Assembly: GCA_951406725.2 (NCBI GenBank)
Contig: OX597814.1
Coordinates: 44,888,001-44,952,000 of the forward strand
Origin: Octopus vulgaris
Taxonomy: Eukaryota
Direction of reading: 5' to 3'
Length of the DNA: 64,000 bases
A program made the position numbers and the translations under genes. The notes under the pieces are model-generated. The model was not told the DNA's origin. It ran no database searches and saw only the letters and a program-made list of their open reading frames with translations. This document shows, piece after piece, positions 54,171 to 64,000 of this stretch; the first letter of the stretch is position 1, and the number at the start of each line of letters is the position of its first letter.

Positions 54171-54889
54171 TGTGTGTTTGTGAGCGAGTACTTACATTTT
54201 TAAATATGAACCAAAACAAAGAAATCAAAGAAAACGAGCAAAATTTGGTATTTTGAACATCATGTTTAGAAATATGGAAAAGGTTTTTCGAAAAATTAAT
54301 CACGCTTTCTTTCGTTAGGGTTTAGGCTAAATACGTTTCACGAATGTCTGGAATGGATGTGAAAGATGACTGAATCATTCAAACCCACGCTACATAATAT
54401 ATATTATCTTTGCCATTATATTTTTCAATAATAATATTCATTATTTTTTTCTTTGTATAATTGAGAAAAGTAATTTCGTGGTCTAAACTTTTTTTTTTCA
54501 ACATCGGCAAAATTTCAATTAGAAATCTTCATATTTATTTTCCCCTTGAAAATTCTCACTTCACGTTCTATTCGATTGTCAATAATCTGTATATATCGCA
54601 CTCATTTCGTGACTGTTACTGAATAACGGCTGTCTACAAACTTAATTACCGAAATAATAAAGGATACATAAAACATTATGTATCATAAACATAGCGATAA
54701 ATAAGCTTTATTACTATAAAATTCGTGTACGATCGAAATGTGTTATGAGTACATTTTGAATACTGGAGACTCACAATGGTACACAATACTTTAACAACAG
54801 CATCACGTCTTAAATTCCAAAATCTATATGTGTATATATGCACGTGTGTATGAATGCATATGTAAGTATGTTGTATATGTATGTAATGC

Positions 54890-54959
<70 letters not shown>

Positions 54960-55036
54960 GCATACACACACGCGCACACACATATATACATATATATACA
55001 TATATATATAAATATATATATACATAGTTGTTGCAA

Positions 55037-55072
<36 letters not shown>

Positions 55073-55153
55073 AATACATATACATATAGATATATAAACA
55101 TATATACATATATATATTTATGTTATGTATGTATATATGTATATATACATATA

Positions 55154-55192
<39 letters not shown>

Positions 55193-55892
55193 TTATAATG
55201 TACTATAGAATATATACATTGCTTTTTTTTGTTTTGTTTTTACCTTATACAAAAAGGAACTAGACATCCTCCTCTCCCCAATACCGGATGAACCAACAGC
55301 CCAACAAGAGGTACTGACAAGGGCAACGGAATCGAACTCACTTATACATCAAGGGGGCCAACAGCTGGCACAGAGGCACATACAGGAGTGGTGATGTGAA
55401 ACACCCCAGACCGAGGAAATTAGCAAGACCACGGTGGCGCTCCAGCATGACCGCAGCCGCATGGGTGAAACGACTAAAATAGTAAAAGAGTAATTAGGAG
55501 TTATTCACATCTGCTCACATTATTCGAAACGTACAGGCAATTCTTCCCTCCCTCGTTTTTTTTTTGCGTATGCGAGTGTTCGTCGTAATACGCAGTGTTT
55601 GAATTTTAAAAAGAACTGTTTTTTTTAGTACATTACCGTATTGGAACAAAATACTGTTAACTTGATTTATGAGTGTGTGCGCGCGCATGTGTTTGTGTGA
55701 GTGTGTCTGTGTCTGTATGTGTGTCTATGTGTCTGCGTGTTTGTGTATGCGCGCGTGTGTGTGTGAAATTAAAAGCCAGTAATATCATTGACATTACACT
55801 GAGTAAGGGTGAAAAGCCGAAAGTTTAACAATGTCTGTTGTCCTCTTCAGATCCACATAAAACTATTGAACGAAAGCATGATACTGTAGTTG

Positions 55893-55972
<80 letters not shown>

Positions 55973-57062
55973 CGTTAAGTATGACTCACAAATGAGGCTT
56001 ATCTTCACACGTATATCTGACTCCCTAATATTGTAGAAGAGAAATCTCTTTTCATATATCTTTTTTGGTTTTAAGGTATGATGTGCAGATGGGGTTGCAT
56101 ATTTTATTCAATTACTAATTATCTACTTCCTTTTAGCAATACTTATATTCTTCATTTCCCCCCCAATAACATTACACACTTCGCAGCTGTATATTCCATC
56201 ACATTGAAACATAATTCTCTAGACAATTCTTCGAAATCTCTAACTCCCTTCGGTGAGTTTATATCAATGTGTTCTAGAATTACTCCTTACTTTCACACTT
56301 CCTAAATATGGTTATTTTTTAGAGCTATATTTCAAAATTCTTCAGTCAGATTTTTTTACTAAGATTGCCCATAATTTATCTGTTTTGTCTAAGTGTCATT
56401 TTAGATATTTGCCAACAAACATCGATTTTCGTCCCGACATCCAGAGAATTCATAGAACTGCCTTTTCTCCAAATGAATTTTTTCCATTATTAATTACTTT
56501 TACAGGTCATTGATTCTACTAGCATACATGTATGTGTGTATATATGTTGGCGCGCCTCCTTGCGTCTACGCGAGAACTTATGTGTGTATTTTAAAATATT
56601 TTAATCAAGATTTTCAGCTCTAATGAATACACATTTTTCTCTAGTACTTTATAGAATAGTACTCTGTTATTTTTTATTCAATTATTTATCTTTCCTAACT
56701 GAGAAACACAAACATATGTGTATGTGTGCGTGAAATTTATATTTATGTATGTGTCTGTGTATGTATTTATGTATGTATAGGTATACACGTAAATATCGAA
56801 TAATCTGATTGAGTGCCCATCACCGCAATGGTGAATAAAAATTCTTCATTTGTTGATTAAGGCTGTCATTCATTTCAAATTAAGGAAGCCCTTAAAAATT
56901 TACAAGCTTATCATATGAAAGTTAACGCTGTTCCTTTTTATTTTGGATAGATGGTAACGAACACTGCACCGATTTTTCATGTTGTAGTCTTGATAATTAT
57001 CAACGGCTTTCCTAACATGAAACGAATGGTTTGACTTAATCTACAAATAAAGCATACACACA

Positions 57063-57141
<79 letters not shown>

Positions 57142-57372
57142 GTAGTCAATTTTTTTTTAATCACACAGAAAAAGAAAAAGAAAACTACAAAGAAAAATAC
57201 ATGGCACAAGCAATAAGACGGTCAGAGATGGAAAAGTGTAGCAGTTTTATGTTTTGAGCACAGCTCTTCTACGGAAACAAGGAAAAACAGGAAAGTCCAA
57301 CACAATGGAAGAAAAAAATCACCAACAATCACGTGCGGTTATATTTTTGAAGCATGTATGTGTGTGTGTGTG

Positions 57373-57434
<62 letters not shown>

Positions 57435-57479
57435 TAATATGTTCATATAGACAAATATGTGTATTGTGAAGTACACGCG

Positions 57480-57600
57480 TGGACTAAAGCCTAGCAAATG
57501 GAACTGAAAGAAAGCCGTCTTGTATATATATATGTGTGTATATATATACATGTATGTACATATATACATATACATGTATGTATGTATGTATGTATGTATG

Positions 57601-57693
<93 letters not shown>

Positions 57694-57800
57694 ACGTGAC
57701 TGCGCCGGTGTTTGTTCCTCACCATCGCTTTACAACCGTTGGTGGTGGTGGTGGTGGGTTTAGCTTACTTCCACCTAATTTAGGTGTTCGGCCGGAAATA
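57480..57800 (+). mobile_element. SINE fragment (family of 47905-48325) with expanded internal microsatellite
   Basis: ggaactgaaagaaagccgtc..(TA/TATG)n..gtgtttgttcctcaccatcgct. Confidence 0.6.
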
Positions 57801-58548
57801 TGTATGTATATTTACACACACACAAACACACACAAACACACACACACACACACATACACATGCAAGGAATCAAACGGATCTTCACAAATTAACCAAGAAG
57901 CACCTCAGCATATATTTCTCACTAAACATATTATTCCGACAGAACAGTATTCCAGGTTATTTAACAGATCAGTTAACTATTTGTTCGCTGGTCCCGGGAG
58001 TCCTGCGAATCTATGTTCGTATCGAAGTTATTATCAGTATATCTAGAAAACAAAACGTCGTTGCTTACTATATATACACATTTGTGTGTACCTATGTGTA
58101 TCTGAATGCGTGTGTGTAACATGGTCGACTGAATTCATCACTAGTAAGTACTAGCACTTTCGCTGTGCATGTAAGTAACGTTAATTCTTCAGGCCACCAT
58201 ATTAGATTTGAACGTAATAGCTTAAATGACCGTCGGAGCACTTAAGCAAGGAGATAGTTACATGTTCCCAGTGTTTGTAATAATACTCTAGCTCGTGATG
58301 CAGACTTTTCTTTCGTCCGGCACTACTGCTTTGCTAATCTAGGTATTTGTTTATGTCTATGTATATACATATATGTATATGCATGTGTGTGCGCCAGCGT
58401 ACACTCGTACAGATATGCTATATATGCATACATATATATATGAGTGTGTGCGTGCGCTTGTGTGTATACATATATTTATGTATTGAGCACCACCAGCAAA
58501 AATATTTTTTTCCTCTGTCTTTCCTTCTCGGGATCTTTCCTTCTCCTT

Positions 58549-58583
58549 GTTTCCGACGAAGAGCTCCGCTCGAAACGTTAAAC
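58549..58583 (+). ncRNA. Minimal hammerhead motif (core variant) in a pLTR-like fragment
   Basis: gttt-CCGACGA-A-GAGC-tcc-GCTC-GAAACGTT-aaac; U4>C core change. Host fragment ~58500-58690 ends in (TA)n; a decayed relative lies on minus at ~57240-57285. Confidence 0.55.
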
Positions 58584-58688
58584 CCTCCTTCCCTTCTTTC
58601 CTGAGCGTCAAATAATACTTTAATTGTTCCACGTCCTCGCGTTGCTGTGCTATATTTTTTTCTGCTGTGTTTTCTTGTTTGGATTAAC

Positions 58689-58758
<70 letters not shown>

Positions 58759-59378
58759 TATGCATTTGTATGTATGTATCTATGTATGTACGTTATGTAT
58801 GTATATATGTATGTATGTACGTATGTATGTAGTGTGAAAGATTCTTTTGTAGTTCAGTTTCTTAGACTGATTTCTGAAGTTGCAACATTGCAGGATTTAT
58901 TACCTATTTTGGAGTTGAGAATGTATTAAAATATTAATTTTCAAGCAATAACCTCTCTTGAAATATTATGGTCAATACTACTCCATTGAGAGCAAAGAGA
59001 CGCTTTTACTCTTACCGTCGATTTGGTAAATATAGAGAGCAATATTATTAATGTATTGTTAAGGAGAACCTTATATGATATTCTCTGTTGGAAATATTTC
59101 AATGTTTGCGCGACCCATAGATATTTGTTTAGATGTATATATTTATATTCGTTATTACCTTTTCCTTTCTCTCTACAACAATAGTCCGTGATAGATATGT
59201 CTATTTGTGTGACAGTGTGTACCTGGCATTTTGGGCGCATAACATATGATTATATATGAATATATACATATGTGGATATGCATGTATATAAATACATATA
59301 TATATATACACACACATACATGAATGTGTGCGTTCGTGTATGTGTGTATGTTTGTATGTATATATATATATAAGATAA

Positions 59379-59439
<61 letters not shown>

Positions 59440-59959
59440 AGTATGTATGCCTATGTGTGTGTGTGTACATAAATGTATCTCACTTCATCTTTTTTTCTGC
59501 ACGCATACAGTCACAGGTATAAACACAACCCCTATTTTTGTAATATGTGAGAGTGTTGATGTATACGTATGTTTCACATAGTGCACGGTTGTATGGCCAA
59601 GCGCATTCATGTATAGCTATTAAATATATGTGTGTCTGTGTGTGTTATAAATAGTGTACTATTATACCTTTCGCGCGTGTGTATGTGTGTTCGTGTGTGT
59701 GTTTAAGTATATCAATAGACATTTTTATGAAGTACTGTTTGAAATAGGGCCAACACTAAGAAGAATAAATAAATATATTAGATCAGGTGATTCAATTGTC
59801 TAAGAAAACTAACTGCTAAATTATCTTATCGCCGCTTATGAGTGCCAGAATATAAAATGGAGTTGCCGAAATGACTGCTGGAGAGCTTTCTCTAATCAAC
59901 AGTTACGGTGCAATTCTTATATTAGGTTACGGTAAAGATGATGTATCATATATATATAT

Positions 59960-60042
<83 letters not shown>

Positions 60043-60200
60043 TAGTATTGTATTGTATTGCCGTCTGAAAGGAATGATCTGGACAAAGTTAGCCAACAAA
60101 GTACTTGCAAATTACCTTTATTCCCAAAACTTATTCAATATCTGTCTTTTATCTCTGACACTCATAACGGTTACAATACTATTCTGTGCAAATAACCACT

Positions 60201-60323
<123 letters not shown>

Positions 60324-60714
60324 ATGTATGTGTTTGTCATAGGATAAGATATTATATGTATAAGTTCGCCATTTCTATTAAATAAGTGTTCGCCAATATG
60401 AACCTCACAATGGCCTAGTCACCGAGCTGTAAATAACTATTGTTTCGAAGTATAGACTACGATCACTTTAACTTACAGTGGTTGTCAAGAAATGCTCTTC
60501 ATCTTCAAGTTCAATCATATCATTTATAAATAAGGTAATAGCAGTAATATCTTGAACAGCTGTTTAGATATCTTTCCATAAGAACTTGATAAGCATGACA
60601 CTTTTTTACTTATTTCATAAAATGGCTTCTGAGATAGCCGTAACATTACATATTTGGACTAGTTAAGTAAATCGAATCTAGTTTTTGATTCGTATCTATT
60701 TTCTTTAGACTGAA

Positions 60715-60890
60715 ATAATCCTTTCTACTCTAGGTTAAAGGTCATAAATTTGTGGAGCGGGGACTGGCTGAATACATCGACTCCAGTGTTGCACTTACTT
60801 TACCGATCCCGAAAGGGTGAAAGGCAAAGTGGACATTGGCGGAAATAACGCTAAGCATTCCGTCTAGTGTACTAACGATTCTACCAGATT
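60715..60890 (-). mobile_element. SINE fragment (Nin/Deu-like core)
   Basis: cgatcccgaaagggtgaaaggcaaagt..ggcggaa matches 28510-28746. Confidence 0.7.
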
Positions 60891-61889
60891 TAGACTGAAA
60901 TAGTATGAGTCAAACTCTTTTCCGTCGAGGTTTGACTTCAAGATACCACGTTACGAAATTTATCCGCAAATCTACTAATTCAACAAATTCAGCCTTATTT
61001 TGGCAAATAATGATTTGTAGCTTAGGCGGAATGTAAAACCCTTAAGAAGATTATATGGACATCTGTAATTAAGTAGTGTGAATTTACACAAACTTACATG
61101 TAAGGCATAACATCAAATCTCTCTATAAAATTACGCCTTTTTCTATTGGGAAACGAAAGGACATATAGATAATATAGTCCTACACATATGCCTTAATAAT
61201 AGGATAGTTTTGCCCGAAATACCATACGTTATAGACATGTTAATCGGAGTTTATGAAAAGGATAAACAACAACAGCCCAGTCTGAATCGAACTCAGAAAG
61301 TAAAGGAGCGTTACAATAACACAATGCATATATCTGTTATTCTATCTCTCCTGCCAATCTTCCACCTTTTGTGTAATTAAATAATAGTTTTCTTTCAGAT
61401 ACAAGGCCAGAAAATTTCAGTGGAGAGACTTAGACAATTATATCAACACCACCTGATGGTATTTTATTGTTACAGAACGGTTGACAAGCTAAAATGACCT
61501 CGATAGAACGGTTGACAAGCAAAAATGACCTCGATAGAACTGAACACGGAAAGTAAAGTACTGAATTAAATGTTACAAGAAATATTTCCGTTATTTTAAT
61601 CATTCTGTCAGTTCACCCACCTTTTGAGTAAATAAGAACTGATTTTTAATATGTATATATTATTTCTTTATTTTTTATTTTTTAATATGTATATATACAA
61701 GGCTAGCTGTTTTGAGGGGAATAAAATTGACTGTAGGCTGGACTGGTACTTATTCCATTACCTCCAAAACAAAGAAAAGGCAGACTAACCATCTGTGGGT
61801 TTAAACTCTGAACCTGAAGCCAGAAGCTATACCGCAGAGCATTTTTTTCGGACGTCCTCATGGTTATACCAGCTCGCCATCTTAAGTAA

Positions 61890-62435
61890 GTGATCCTTTC
61901 TACAAAAGGCACATATACTGAAATTTTCGGGAAGGGACCTGTAGATTTTATCGACCCCAACTGGTCTTTATCGACCGCAGTGCTCAATTAGTACTTATTT
62001 TATCGACCCCGAAAGACAGGTACTCCGTCGGTTACGACAAAGTTCCAGTTGGTTCGATCAACGGAACAGCTTGCTCGTGAACTTAACATGCTAGTGACTG
62101 AACACTTCACAAACACGTTCATATTTGAAGTAGTTCCCATGGAGATTCAGCGTGACACAGACTCTGACAAAGCTGGCCATTTGAAATACAGGTACTACTC
62201 ATTTTTGTCAGTTGAGTGGACTGGAGCAATGTGAAATAAAGTGTCTTGCTTTAGGATACAACGCGTCCAAAAGCATACGATCGTAAGCTGAATCCCCTAA
62301 CCACTAAGCTACGTGCCTTCACCGACCCCGAAAAGATGAAAGGTAAAATAGACCTCGGCGGAATCTGAACGTAACGTCAGACGAAATACCGCTAAACATT
62401 TTGTACGGCACGCTAAAATTTCCGCCAGCTTGACA
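61890..62435 (-). mobile_element. SINE carrying a nested second SINE (62015-62322)
   Basis: 11-bp duplication cgaccccgaaa at 62004-62014 and 62323-62333; inner element has tRNA-like head gtgaaggcacgtagcttagtggttagg on minus. Confidence 0.85.
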
Positions 62436-62669
62436 CATTATGTAAGCAAATAATTTTAAAAAAACATAGGTAACAGAATATAACGTAGAGAGAAAATGTC
62501 AATGTTCAGAATATAATTCTTCAACGTTCAAAAAAATTCATTCAAAAAAAGCTTCTCGTTCTACGCACAAAGCTATTCGTGCAGCATTTCGACAAGAAGG
62601 GCGTAACAATAATATGGTCCCAGTTCTTCAAATATAATTATAGGTAATTTGAAGTAAAGAAATTACCTT

Positions 62670-63327
62670 TTACCATTTATTTGTTTCAATCATTAGAGTG
62701 CGTTTATGCTGGGGCACCGCCTTGAAGAATTTCAGTCGAACGAATCAGCCCCAGTACTTATATATTTTCTTTTTATTTTTATTTTTTTTGCAAAGCTTGG
62801 TACTTATTTTATTGGTCTCATACCGAACCGTTTAGTTACGGGAGCGTAAACACACCAGCACCGATTGTCAAGCGGTGTTGAGGGACAAATACACGCACAT
62901 ACATATATATATGTATGTATGTGTATATATATGCAGGCGTGGCTGTGTAGTAAGTAGCTTACTTCCCAATCACGTGGTTCCGGGTTCAGTGCCACTACGT
63001 GGCACCTTGGGCAAGTATCGTTTACTATAGCCTCGGGCCTTGTGAGTATATTTGGTAGTCGGAAACTGAAAGAAGCCCGTCATATATATATATGCGTGTG
63101 TATGTGTGTGTGTCTTTTTGTCTATGTTACTTCCCACACACACACCATTGCTTAACAACCGATCTTGGTGTGTTTACGCCCCCGTAATTTAGGGGTTGGG
63201 CAGAAGAGCCCGATAGAATAAGTATCAGGCTTACAAGGAATAGGTCCGGGGATCGATTTCTTCGACTGAAAAGCGGTGCACCAGCATGACCTCAGTCAAA
63301 TGATTGAAACAGGTAAAAGAATAAAAG

Positions 63328-63399
<72 letters not shown>

Positions 63400-63570
63400 C
63401 ACACACACACACACACAACGGCTTCCTCCAGCCTTCGCTCACCAAATCCAGTTTCGAGGGCCCGAGGCTATAGTAGAACACACTTGCCCATGGTACCACG
63501 CAGTAGGACTGAATCCAGAACCATGTTGAGAAGCAAGCCTATAGCCTCACAGCCACATCCTGCGCCAGCG
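62670..63570. mobile_element. Cluster of three SINE copies (-,+,-) of the 47905-48325 family
   Basis: Plus copy 62935-63330 with A box TGGCTGTGTAG and B box GGTTCAGTGCC; minus 3' half at 62670-62930; minus head at ~63415-63570. Confidence 0.85.
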
Positions 63571-63859
63571 AATTGATTTTGGGTATGGGAGGGGGGTATA
63601 GTATCGAAATGTGTTGATGACTACACGTAAGCTATATCAGTAACAGTAGCAGTATGTTATTTCTATTGAAAATAATTTTGTTCGACAACAAATATAGATT
63701 GGTCTGTTATCTGATAATTAGTTCTTTGTTCAAATTACTTTTATCTAACATGTTCAAAAACATATATAGGCGCAAATAATTTACACAAATTTACGTATAC
63801 ACACTCGCACACACACGCACATGAATTCTTGTGTATATACCTATATTTGCATATGTACA

Positions 63860-63930
<71 letters not shown>

Positions 63931-64000
63931 AGATGTACATATGCAAATATAGGTATATACACAAGAATTCATGTGCGTGTGTGTATATATATATATAGGC

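Noticed and set aside
56090-56520. Faint resemblance to a Crypton tyrosine recombinase on minus
   Set aside because: Many stops and no catalytic motif recognisable.

Overview
AT-rich, microsatellite-dense eukaryotic DNA. The SINE and repeat repertoire looks like an Octopus (cephalopod) genome; this is an inference from repeat style, not a database match. No intact protein-coding gene is evident, and most listed ORFs are microsatellite artefacts or transposon fragments. The window contains: (1) about nine R4/Dong-type restriction-endonuclease LINE fragments, most abutting (AAT)n tracts, eight of them co-oriented at 28-38.7 kb; (2) several Penelope-like elements (RT/GIY-YIG) and pLTR remnants carrying hammerhead ribozyme motifs; (3) a full-length but broken mariner, a Tigger nested in a Helitron Rep/helicase remnant, non-autonomous Helitrons, MITEs, an RTE-like 3' end and many tRNA-derived SINEs. 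The most striking signal is a young tandem pair (358-bp period, 4 differences seen in ~265 bp) of intact minimal type I hammerhead ribozymes at 24.33-24.95 kb, a retrozyme/PLE-type unit predicted to release a 358-nt RNA. A possible host first exon ending in ATG|GTAAGT lies at about 1.4-2.28 kb, so the rest of the window may be one large intron (low confidence). Boundaries of degenerate elements are approximate.
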